Translations under genes and position numbers: made by a program
The notes under the pieces: model-generated
The model's database searches: none
The model's input: only the letters and a program-made list of their open reading frames with translations
What the model was told of the DNA's origin: nothing
Assembly (NCBI GenBank): GCA_007376295.1
Contig: VMGB01000004.1
Location: 6,569-70,568 of the forward strand
Source: Parcubacteria group bacterium Gr01-1014_13
GTDB taxonomy: Bacteria; Patescibacteriota; Patescibacteriia; Magasanikbacterales; GWA2-37-8
Reading direction: 5' to 3'
Length of the DNA stretch: 64,000 nucleotides
Shown: piece by piece, positions 48,345 through 56,720 of the stretch
How positions within the stretch are numbered: position 1 is the first letter of the stretch
How the letters are laid out: each line of letters starts with the position of its first letter

Positions 48345-48473
48345 ATGAAGAAAAATCTGAAAGAACTCTTCCTTGTAGTATTGCTGGTCTGCGCGGTCTA
48401 CTCCGTGTGCACCAAGGTCTACCACGTGCACTACAAGCCTCTACCGGCTGGCGGCGCGGACATCGCTCCTTAA
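48345..48473 (+). CDS. Small single-TM peptide 3 (42 aa) MKKNLKELFLVVLLVCAVYSVCTKVYHVHYKPLPAGGADIAP
   Basis: AAGGGAG SD. Starts 2 nt after the peptide 2 stop. A weak bidirectional terminator follows at ~48515-48548. Confidence 0.5.
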   Translation: MKKNLKELFLVVLLVCAVYSVCTKVYHVHYKPLPAGGADIAP

Positions 48474-48556
48474 TGAAAGTGACGCTCGACACTTCCATTA
48501 ATACAACCAATCGAGCCCTAACAAAAAACCCCGACTTGATCGGAGTTTTTTGAATT

Positions 48557-49360
48557 TTATTTTTCTATCACCACACCATCAACTTTAATTTTTTCTCTAT
48601 TCGGATTATCTTTTAGAGCTTGCTCGATTTCACTTTTTAAATTATTTAATTCTTCCAAAGAATTTGCCAAAGGAATAATTACAAACGGAGTTTCGGAAGT
48701 AAATAATTCTCCAAACCCATGATGTCCAAAAGCAATGCTAGCGGCAACTTTTAATTCTTCCACCGCATATTCACTTGGCAAAAATTTACGACTAATTACA
48801 AACCCCATTGGCAAACCTGATTCTTTATCAGGATTAAAACCGCCAACGCCGTCAAAATATACCACGTGGGCAATATGAAACTCAGCCGGACGTTCCAACT
48901 CTTCCACCGAAATATGGCCGACTGCGGCTTCGCGCCCCAGACGAATCATTTCCGCCGCTACTTTTTCTACCCATTTTTTTCCATAATCTTCCAATTCTTG
49001 GGCAGTCGGCTGACTGTCGGAAAAATCTCTTTTGTAAGCCAGACCCACAGCGCCACAACCACCATGGCTAGTAATTTCCACTATACCTATTTCGGTAAAT
49101 AATTTGGCGATTAGCTGCACCCGCTCTTCTTCCGAACTGGCGGGAAAAAGAATTCCGGCTCCAGCCAAAGCCAATTTTGCTTTGCCTTTATAATCTTTAT
49201 GCGCGCAACCTTCATCTATGCAAACTACGGCTTCTAATTTTGTTAAAAAGGTCTGTTTCAAATTTGGAAAGTCCGTCAAAAAATATGTTTGCGCTCCTTT
49301 TGTATTTAAATCTGTAAATGCCGCAATTTTTGAAAAGCTTAAAATTAATTCTTCTTTCAT
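48557..49360 (-). CDS. Hypothetical protein P1 (267 aa) with conserved Cys/His motifs; paralog of 49544-50131
   Basis: VVCIDEGCAH and ITSHGGCGAVG motifs, HVVYFDGVGGFNPDKE block. Low GC. Own promoter TTGACA-17-TATCTT about 110 nt upstream. Confidence 0.55.
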   Translation of the reverse strand: MKEELILSFSKIAAFTDLNTKGAQTYFLTDFPNLKQTFLTKLEAVVCIDEGCAHKDYKGKAKLALAGAGILFPASSEEERVQLIAKLFTEIGIVEITSHGGCGAVGLAYKRDFSDSQPTAQELEDYGKKWVEKVAAEMIRLGREAAVGHISVEELERPAEFHIAHVVYFDGVGGFNPDKESGLPMGFVISRKFLPSEYAVEELKVAASIAFGHHGFGELFTSETPFVIIPLANSLEELNNLKSEIEQALKDNPNREKIKVDGVVIEK

Positions 49361-49507
49361 AATCGAAATGAGTGAGTAAAATATTTAGCTTGCTAAAATA
49401 TTTTTGAGCGAATGAGTTTATATCCTTAGATATATAATCAATTTAATAATTTTTAAAGATATCATAAATTAACAAAAGTGTCAATAATACTTTGACTAAA
49501 AAATAAA

Positions 49508-49540
49508 GCCCTGCGTCATATTTTTGACGCAAGGCGAAAA
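49508..49540 (-). terminator. Terminator after P2
   Basis: GCCTTGCGTCAAAAATATGACGCAGGGC hairpin then TTTATTTTTT on the minus strand. Confidence 0.5.
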
Positions 49541-49543
49541 GAG

Positions 49544-50131
49544 CTAAATTCCGGGCTGAGTTCTACGCAGGTTTCTTTTGTCCCAGGTTTCCGCGGAGAT
49601 AAAGTAGGTTTCCTTGAAATGCCCATTCCCGGTAAATTCGTCGTGCCAATCTATATGCACAAAGCATCGAACTTGGAATTGGGGATCCAACTGCTTTACG
49701 ACTCTTTTAGCCAACATGAGATGGCGAATGGATGCTTCAATATCTACTTTACATGCCGTCGCCTTACCGCAAGGTGCGTGGCAAAAAAGTAAAACTGTGT
49801 AGATGTCCTTCATCTTAGCAGCATCCACAAGATCTTCTGTTAGGCGCCTAGCCCGACCAGGTCGATCTGGATCATGCCACTCGGGTGAAAGCACCATAGC
49901 TCCACCATGCTCTGTGAGAAAGTGAGGACGCGGTTTTTTACCGGATTCAATAGCCAAGCTACGAATATCATCAAATAGGTCATCCATTTGATCACCGTCA
50001 GCGCAAGGCACCACAATTGCGCCTCGGCTTAAGTCTAGCTTGTGCGCCTCCGGTACAATGAGCAGTTTTTCCACCTCTACGAGTTGCTTCAAAAGCTGTT
50101 TATCTGATTCCCCCAAAATCAGTTTGCCCAT
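49544..50131 (-). CDS. Hypothetical protein P2 (196 aa), high-GC paralog of P1
   Basis: VVPCADGD, LTEHGGAMV, FCHAPCGKATAC, FVHIDWHDEFTGNGHFKE align with P1 motifs. AGGAGA SD. Start at MGKLIL. Confidence 0.55.
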   Translation of the reverse strand: MGKLILGESDKQLLKQLVEVEKLLIVPEAHKLDLSRGAIVVPCADGDQMDDLFDDIRSLAIESGKKPRPHFLTEHGGAMVLSPEWHDPDRPGRARRLTEDLVDAAKMKDIYTVLLFCHAPCGKATACKVDIEASIRHLMLAKRVVKQLDPQFQVRCFVHIDWHDEFTGNGHFKETYFISAETWDKRNLRRTQPGI

Positions 50132-50272
50132 TTTTCTCCTTTTGATTGGTTGTAAAAAGACCAGCAATATTATATACCCATTTTTATCATCCAGTCAATA
50201 GGTCGTTAAAAAATAATTTTACTTTTATTTTCAAAAATATTTTCATCTGTGCATAACTTTGGCTTTGCGCTA

Positions 50273-50301
50273 TTCACATTTACAGAAAAACATTCTATAA
50301 T
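50273..50301 (+). promoter_or_regulatory. Promoter TTCACA-17-TATAAT driving a short leader plus micro-ORF transcript
   Basis: ttcacatttacagaaaaacattcTATAAT. Confidence 0.35.
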
Positions 50302-50425
50302 AGTTAAGTCGAGATAAAATTTTACAGCAATGCTTGTCTTGTAAAATTTCTTCTATGAATTTTTTCTTTCCTCGCGAGTAGAAAAAATTTATTTCTAAAA
50401 CGAAAAAAGAAAGGGGGTGCACAAT

Positions 50426-50473
50426 ATGGCCAAGAAAAAGAAAGCAAAGAAGGCAAAAAAGAAAGCTCGTTAG
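50426..50473 (+). CDS. 15-aa poly-Lys micro-ORF MAKKKKAKKAKKKAR
   Basis: SD AAAGGGGGTG 6-9 nt upstream. Followed 10 nt later by a perfect terminator. May be a small protein or simply an sRNA feature. Confidence 0.3.
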   Translation: MAKKKKAKKAKKKAR

Positions 50474-50482
50474 TCTTCTTTA

Positions 50483-50512
50483 AAAATCTCTCCTTACAGA
50501 GAGATTTTTAAT
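50483..50512. terminator. Bidirectional terminator
   Basis: AATCTCTC-CTTACA-GAGAGATT with T-runs on both strands. Also terminates the minus-strand PHP gene. Confidence 0.7.
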
Positions 50513-50536
50513 TTAACGGATAAAAAATAATTAATT

Positions 50537-51799
50537 TTAAAACAATCTGCTTTGTTTTTCTCCCGGCTTTTGCTTTGGCTGAATTACTTCTACTGAGCCA
50601 AATATGCCATCATAGCCGGGTTTTACTTTTACATTCCCTTGCCGCATATTAGCAATAGCTAGAGCAATATTTTTATCCGAAACATTTTTCTCTATCTCTT
50701 TTATATCTGCCTTGAGCAGAATAAAAAATTCACTACCGATTTTTTTTAACATCTCCTCGTATTCCTTAACTACTTTTTTACTTGCCACACCCATACCAAA
50801 CACTTTAGCAAGTATTTCTTTTAGCGGCACAATATATTTGTGAGGAATAAAATTATTTTGATTTATTTTTTCTTCTGGTCTGTCTGCCAAATCTTCTACG
50901 CGGTGCAGCACACCAACAGTTACCGGTTTTTTACATTTTGGACACAAAAACTTTTTAGCTTTGGTTTCTTGTGGAGTCAAACAAACTCCGCAGACAGCGT
51001 GACCATCATAATGATATTTACCTTCTTCTGGATAAAATTCAATGGTATATAAAAACTTTTTTCTATCCCCTGTTTTTAATATTTGCAAAATATCCTCGTA
51101 AGTAAAATTTTCTTCCAAGTTAAAAACATTTGCTTCCCGGCCCAAATTATTCAAACTATGCGCATCGGAATTTGATATGAGAGTAATATTATCAAGTCTT
51201 GAAAGCCGATGGTTCATGGTGGGATCGCTAGACAGCCCGGTCTCAGCAGCCCGAATATGTGGAGTTAGTTCTTCAAAACACTCTTCCAGAGCATTGTAGC
51301 CAGATTTGGACCCAAACACAGCAAACCATGGAGTCCAAATATGGGCTGGAATCATCATAAAACGAGGGTCAATATCCAAAATTATCTGTAAAACTGCTTT
51401 GGCAGACAAACCCATAATTGGCCGGCCATCTGAGCGTATATTTACCCCTTTTTCTGTCAAAATGGCATTAAACTTCTCTACGGCCTCTATGCTTGGAGCT
51501 AAAATCAAAAGATGCACCCGGCGGGTAGCATCTTTATGTTTGTAAATACAAGAAATTTCCGTGCCTAAAATAAATCTGGTTTGACTGCTATTATCTTTAA
51601 GTTTATATATCCCCTTTCTATCTTCAACCAAATTTTCTTTAATATGTTTTATCCAAGCCGGATAAGTAAAGTCTCCTGTAACTATAATATCTATACCTTT
51701 TTGCTCACAAGCTTTGGCAATTTTTGGTAATTCCAAATCTGACGAGCAAGCTCGGGAATATCGAGAGTGAATATGCAGGTCTAAAATCTTTTCTGACAT
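50537..51799 (-). CDS. PHP-domain metal-dependent phosphoesterase with C-terminal zinc ribbon (EndoQ-like)
   Basis: ILDLHIHSRYSRACS (PHP motif I), further His/Asp motifs, CGVCLTPQETKAKKFLCPKCKKP C4 zinc ribbon. Confidence 0.55.
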   Translation of the reverse strand: MSEKILDLHIHSRYSRACSSDLELPKIAKACEQKGIDIIVTGDFTYPAWIKHIKENLVEDRKGIYKLKDNSSQTRFILGTEISCIYKHKDATRRVHLLILAPSIEAVEKFNAILTEKGVNIRSDGRPIMGLSAKAVLQIILDIDPRFMMIPAHIWTPWFAVFGSKSGYNALEECFEELTPHIRAAETGLSSDPTMNHRLSRLDNITLISNSDAHSLNNLGREANVFNLEENFTYEDILQILKTGDRKKFLYTIEFYPEEGKYHYDGHAVCGVCLTPQETKAKKFLCPKCKKPVTVGVLHRVEDLADRPEEKINQNNFIPHKYIVPLKEILAKVFGMGVASKKVVKEYEEMLKKIGSEFFILLKADIKEIEKNVSDKNIALAIANMRQGNVKVKPGYDGIFGSVEVIQPKQKPGEKQSRLF

Positions 51800-51800
51800 A

Positions 51801-52487
51801 TTACATTCCAACGTCTCCAAATTTCTCTTCACAAATATGAGCTACCAGTCCTGGAACACGAGCAATGATAAAAAATCCTGTGGCCATCTGCCATGGAAAT
51901 CCCATATCCAAAAGTATAGCGGCCATGGCGCCATCTACATTTAAGGGCAAAGGTTTGGATGAAATTTTATTTAGTTCTACGCCTACTTCTTCGGCCAAAG
52001 CGCAGTGCTGGCCATAAAAACCAGTTTCCTTAGCAATAGAAAAAAGAGTATCACTGCGATAATCGTGCGTTAACACTCTGTGGCCAAAACCCGGCAACCT
52101 GATTTTTTGTTCTTTTAAAGATTTTACCAATTCAGCTATATTTTTTTCACCCATATTTTCGACAAAAAACTTGGCAGCGTTTTCAGTGGCACCGCCATGC
52201 GATTTGTCCATTGCCAAAATTCCTGCTGCCAAAGCAGCTTGCATACTATTGCCAGCTGAAGCCGCTGTGCGACTAGCTATGGTCGAAGCAGTACCTATGC
52301 CGTGATCTATCGCGGCTGTAAATAAAGCATTAAGCATTCTGGCTTCATTAGCATTAGGCAAATTCCCCTTTAAAACCAAAAATATAGTCTCTACAAAACT
52401 TTTATTTTTTATTAATTCCGATAAATCATATCCTCGAACAGTTTCTTTATTATCGGAGATATTAGTGATAGATGTTTTCTCTTGCAT
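51801..52487 (-). CDS. Truncated citrate-synthase-like protein: candidate citryl-CoA lyase
   Basis: RLPGFGHRVLTHDYRSD corresponds to the citrate synthase LPGFGHRVYKNYDPR catalytic His region. Only 228 aa (C-terminal CS domain). Confidence 0.6.
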   Translation of the reverse strand: MQEKTSITNISDNKETVRGYDLSELIKNKSFVETIFLVLKGNLPNANEARMLNALFTAAIDHGIGTASTIASRTAASAGNSMQAALAAGILAMDKSHGGATENAAKFFVENMGEKNIAELVKSLKEQKIRLPGFGHRVLTHDYRSDTLFSIAKETGFYGQHCALAEEVGVELNKISSKPLPLNVDGAMAAILLDMGFPWQMATGFFIIARVPGLVAHICEEKFGDVGM

Positions 52488-52491
52488 ACAC

Positions 52492-53379
52492 TTAAAATAA
52501 TTTTGCTAAATTAGCTAGGTCTTCATATCTTTCCGCTATTTTCACCCCTACAGCGGACAAAGCCGACTCTTTTTCGGCTGCGCTCTGGCCCCGGCCGACA
52601 ATAGCTCCTGCATGCCCAATATTTATACCCTCCGGAAAAACATTGGTAAATTTACCGCCAACATAAATGGCTAATGGCTTAGTGTAGCCCTTATTCTTTA
52701 TTAAATCAACTATCTCAAACTCAAAACTGCCGCCGTGTTCACCAAAAATTACCACTCCTTTAGTTTGGTCGTCTTTTTCAAATAAGCGTAAAATATCGGC
52801 ATAAGTCATGCCCATCAGTAGGTCTCCGCCCACATGAATAGCTGTGCTTTGGCCAAGTCCAGCTTGACGTATTTGCCAAGATAATTCATTGGTCATACCT
52901 CCCGAACGAGAGATTATTCCAATTGGCCCTGGGATAAAAATTTCTTCTACTAGTGGCCCACCCACTACACCGATTCGGCCCACACCAGGGGCAATTAAAC
53001 CAAGCGAGCTAGGACCAATGATTTTTATATTTTTTTCTTTGGCTGCAGCCAGACAATAGGCTGTGTCGGCAATAGGAATTCTTTCCACTATTATATTAAT
53101 CAATGGAATATTATTTTCAATCGCTTCCAAAATTGCGGCTTTGGCTGCAAACGGAGGAACGTAGATAGCAGACACATTAACACCGGAGAATTTTTCTTTA
53201 GCTTCTTTGATGGAATTAAAAACTGGTTTGCCTTCTACTTCTTGACCACCCTTGTTAGGCGTAACACCACAAACTACATTGGTGTGATAATCCAACATAG
53301 CTTTGGTCGCTTTGGTGCCTTCCTTACCGGTAATCCCCTGCACCAATACCTGGGTATTTTTATCTATTAGAATACTCAT
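52492..53379 (-). CDS. Succinyl-CoA synthetase alpha-like CoA-binding subunit (candidate citryl-CoA synthetase small subunit)
   Basis: VLVQGITGKEG (CoA-binding), phosphohistidine loop NIGHAGAIVG. Confidence 0.75.
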   Translation of the reverse strand: MSILIDKNTQVLVQGITGKEGTKATKAMLDYHTNVVCGVTPNKGGQEVEGKPVFNSIKEAKEKFSGVNVSAIYVPPFAAKAAILEAIENNIPLINIIVERIPIADTAYCLAAAKEKNIKIIGPSSLGLIAPGVGRIGVVGGPLVEEIFIPGPIGIISRSGGMTNELSWQIRQAGLGQSTAIHVGGDLLMGMTYADILRLFEKDDQTKGVVIFGEHGGSFEFEIVDLIKNKGYTKPLAIYVGGKFTNVFPEGINIGHAGAIVGRGQSAAEKESALSAVGVKIAERYEDLANLAKLF

Positions 53380-54512
53380 ACCATTTCTGCCAAAATTTGA
53401 GCGGTGGCGCTCATTGAAGTTTCTTTGCCAAATAATTTTATATTTAAATTATTTCTCTGCGCGCATTCCTGCATCAAACGCATCCCATCTTCTTCGTGCG
53501 GGCCAGCGCGGCGGACCACAATCGGAAATGCAGGTTTTATTTCATCAAGCGCATCGGTAATTCCATTAAATGTTTCGGCAATGTTAGTAAAATTAGCCAC
53601 GCCGCCGGCTATCCATAAACCTTTCAAGCCCGGCTTGGACAAAACAATTTTTGCTAATTGATAAACTTTTTCTCGCGGTGGGTTGCCGGAGTATTCGGTA
53701 TAGTTTGCGGGCCGTAATCCGGTCTTTATCAAGGCATCCATATTGGCGATACTAGCGCCGCCGCCGGAAAACAAGACAGCGATGTCTCCGTCCATTTCTA
53801 TATACTTGCCGGCCGTACCGCGATAATACCCTTCACCCTCATCTATTTTTTTTACAGCCGCTTCTCTTTCCGTAGGCAAACGGCCAAGCATTGTCCGCGG
53901 CGCTAAATTTTCCCACTCTTTGTGGCGATAAAAAGCATCTTCATCTAGAGCAATCTTGGCATCCGCGGCCCACCATTGGCCATTTTTATCCTTTACCAGC
54001 GGATTTATCTCTACCACCCTAGCGTCTTCCTGCAAAAAACATTGCCATAAATTATTGGCAAAAAGCCGATCTTCTATACTGCCATTTCTTACATCTAAAA
54101 GTTTTTTTGTTATTTTATCTTCCGCCACGTCTTCTATGTCCATACCACCACTGGCGCTATAGATTAAAACCGGCTGTTTGGCGTTGGTGTCATAGGTAAT
54201 AGACAGATAGTGCTCTTCGGTAATATTTAATTTTTCTTCAATAAGCACGGCTTCTACATACTGCCCATGGAAATTATTGGCAAACAATTCTTCACAGGCC
54301 GCAGCCACTTCGTTGGCTTCGCCACAAAACTTTATACCATTATTTTTTCCCCGTTTACCACTCAAAACTTGAGCTTTCACCACCACCTCTTTTACTCCTA
54401 ATTCTTCATATTTAATTTTAAAATCATCGCCACGCCAAACGACCACACCTTTCGGTGTAGCAATACCATGTTTGGCAAATAAATTTTTACCTTCAAATTC
54501 GTATAGGTTCAT
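53376..54512 (-). CDS. Succinyl-CoA synthetase beta-like ATP-grasp subunit (candidate citryl-CoA synthetase large subunit)
   Basis: MNLYEFEGKNLFAKHGI N-terminus like SucC. ATP-grasp fold. 4-nt overlap with the alpha-like gene. Confidence 0.75.
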   Translation of the reverse strand: MNLYEFEGKNLFAKHGIATPKGVVVWRGDDFKIKYEELGVKEVVVKAQVLSGKRGKNNGIKFCGEANEVAAACEELFANNFHGQYVEAVLIEEKLNITEEHYLSITYDTNAKQPVLIYSASGGMDIEDVAEDKITKKLLDVRNGSIEDRLFANNLWQCFLQEDARVVEINPLVKDKNGQWWAADAKIALDEDAFYRHKEWENLAPRTMLGRLPTEREAAVKKIDEGEGYYRGTAGKYIEMDGDIAVLFSGGGASIANMDALIKTGLRPANYTEYSGNPPREKVYQLAKIVLSKPGLKGLWIAGGVANFTNIAETFNGITDALDEIKPAFPIVVRRAGPHEEDGMRLMQECAQRNNLNIKLFGKETSMSATAQILAEMV

Positions 54513-54521
54513 GCAAAAATT

Positions 54522-54857
54522 TTATATCAAATCCAACCTAAACTCAACACCATAATTTTTAAAACCAAATTTTTCATACCAGCTACACGCTTCTTCTTTT
54601 GAATTTCGAACTGTAGCGATTAATTTATAACAGCCTATTTTTTTACTCTCTTCTATCGCCGCTTGGACCAGCTTGGTACCAGTGCCACTCCCCCTATAGT
54701 TTTCGTCTACAAAAACATCCTCCAACAAACCAAACGGCTCAGCATGCAAATCATTATGCAAAACATAGAGCCGAACTCGGCCGATTTCTTTATCATCCTC
54801 GATAGCGGTAATTTTTACAGCGTAGGAATCTTTTTTTATTTCTTTATTTAACTGCAT
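54522..54857 (-). CDS. GNAT family N-acetyltransferase
   Basis: ENYRGSGTGTKLVQAAIE (acetyl-CoA binding motif A). Confidence 0.65.
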   Translation of the reverse strand: MQLNKEIKKDSYAVKITAIEDDKEIGRVRLYVLHNDLHAEPFGLLEDVFVDENYRGSGTGTKLVQAAIEESKKIGCYKLIATVRNSKEEACSWYEKFGFKNYGVEFRLDLI

Positions 54858-55804
54858 AAATCTTGCAAAAATAATGCCAGTTTGGCTGGATTTATTCCGC
54901 CCTCTGCGGCTTCCAAATCTAAACTTTTTATTTTCTTATCTTTTAAATTTTCTTTATCAAATCTGAGCACACCCCATTTTTGGGAGTTATAAAACTGTTT
55001 TTGTTTCGCGTTAAGACTATGATTATTACGAATCACCAAATCGATTTTACGAGGCAGATACCTTTCCATCTGTAAAACAAAATCACTCAATCTTTCTGGG
55101 CCGGTTTCTCCATCTAGACGATATGCATTGCCAGCTACATAAATAATTTGTGCTTTTTTGTTTTTATCAATCGCCTCTTTTATACCATTTGGTAAAAGGG
55201 TAGCTATCAAACTGGTATACAAACTGCCTGGACTAAGCACTATACAATCTGCCGATTCAATTACTTTTACCGCTTCTTCGTATGCTTGACACTGCGGCTC
55301 TAGCCAAACGCGCTTTATTTTTAAACCTCGATTGTAGCTAGGATTGTCTATAAATGCTTCGGTTTTGATAATATCTCCATTGGCCAATTCTGCCACCAAG
55401 TTGGCGCTAGCCAAAGTCACTGGGTAAACTCTCCCTTGGGCCTCCACACTTTGCGATAATGCTTCCAAAGCCAAAAGAAAATTGCCGCTATACTGACTGA
55501 TAAGGGTAAGAAATAAATTGCCCAGATTATGATCGTCTAATTTGCCGGTGTTTGTAAATCTGGGTTTATAAAAAATTTGTCTAAGCATTTTATAATCATA
55601 TTTTGAAAGTGACAAAATAGCCCGCATGATATCTCCCGGCGGCAAAGTATTAAATTCTTTTCGAAGCTTGCCCGAAGATCCACCCGAATCGCTCATGGAA
55701 ATTACAGCGGAAATATCAAATTTATTGGCGTATTTTTTTAGCCCTTCTAAACATAAAGCGGAGCCATTGCCGCCGCCAATAACTACAATCTTTTTTTTAT
55801 TCAT
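54848..55804 (-). CDS. YvcK/CofD (UPF0052) family protein
   Basis: IVVIGGGNGSALCLEGLKKY N-terminal motif, about 318 aa. Confidence 0.6.
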   Translation of the reverse strand: MNKKKIVVIGGGNGSALCLEGLKKYANKFDISAVISMSDSGGSSGKLRKEFNTLPPGDIMRAILSLSKYDYKMLRQIFYKPRFTNTGKLDDHNLGNLFLTLISQYSGNFLLALEALSQSVEAQGRVYPVTLASANLVAELANGDIIKTEAFIDNPSYNRGLKIKRVWLEPQCQAYEEAVKVIESADCIVLSPGSLYTSLIATLLPNGIKEAIDKNKKAQIIYVAGNAYRLDGETGPERLSDFVLQMERYLPRKIDLVIRNNHSLNAKQKQFYNSQKWGVLRFDKENLKDKKIKSLDLEAAEGGINPAKLALFLQDLCS

Positions 55805-56465
55805 ATTTTATTCCCAAAAAATCATAAATATGTTTATCATCCAAACCATTGACGATTAAATCGGCGCTAGAATAATCGCCGTCGCTCCAACGGTTATCAA
55901 ATCTAACAACGCATTTCATACCCGCCCTTTTTGCTGCAGTAAGGCCGTTTTCTGAATCTTCGATCACCACGCACTCGCTTGGCAATACACCTAACTCATT
56001 AGCTGCGTAAAGAAAAATGGCCGGATCTGGCTTGCCCACATAGTCTACATGATCGGTGGAAACTAAAGTATCAAAATAATTATGCCAACTAAACCTGTCG
56101 ACAATTTGTTTAATGCGCGCCAAACTGGCGCCGGAAGCAACGGCTGTCTTTTTATCATTCTGCATTTTTATACGTCTCAATAAATCATCGGCTCCAACCA
56201 GAGGCAGAGCGTGATCTGTATACACAGACTCGCTACAACTTACCTTGTGCGCCATAATTTCTTCTACCGGATGAGGAAGTTTATGGAACTCTTTAAAAAT
56301 CTGCGACCCTTCTTTCAAACTCCGGCCATCTACTATCTTGTCCAGCTCGCGCACGAAAGGAACATTAAAAATCTCTACAAATTTTTTATTTGCGTCCACC
56401 CAATGCAAAGAGCTGTCTATCAGCGTACCGTCCATATCAAAAAGTATCGCTTTAAACTTGGACAT
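55797..56465 (-). CDS. HAD-superfamily hydrolase (beta-phosphoglucomutase-like subfamily IA)
   Basis: ILFDMDGTLIDS motif I, later K and DD motifs. Confidence 0.7.
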   Translation of the reverse strand: MSKFKAILFDMDGTLIDSSLHWVDANKKFVEIFNVPFVRELDKIVDGRSLKEGSQIFKEFHKLPHPVEEIMAHKVSCSESVYTDHALPLVGADDLLRRIKMQNDKKTAVASGASLARIKQIVDRFSWHNYFDTLVSTDHVDYVGKPDPAIFLYAANELGVLPSECVVIEDSENGLTAAKRAGMKCVVRFDNRWSDGDYSSADLIVNGLDDKHIYDFLGIKYE

Positions 56466-56466
56466 A

Positions 56467-56718
56467 TTATTTAAATTTAAACTTATAAATTAAAATGATA
56501 GTTGCCAAAATAAAAGTGGCAGCGTTGGCGATAATAATCGGTATATCTTTAATCAAAATTCCATATATCAACCATAAAAATATACCCGTACAAAAAAGCA
56601 CAAACATAGCTAGAGAAATATCGTGCGTCGAACGATTTTTGACTACGCGAATTACTTGAGGCAAAAAGGCGCTGGTTGTAAGTATGGCCGCAGCCAAACC
56701 AATAGTTTGATAAGACAT
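56467..56718 (-). CDS. SemiSWEET sugar transporter (PQ-loop/MtN3 family, 3-TM)
   Basis: 83 aa, three TM helices, LPQVIRV PQ-motif. Confidence 0.65.
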   Translation of the reverse strand: MSYQTIGLAAAILTTSAFLPQVIRVVKNRSTHDISLAMFVLFCTGIFLWLIYGILIKDIPIIIANAATFILATIILIYKFKFK

Positions 56719-56720
56719 AA

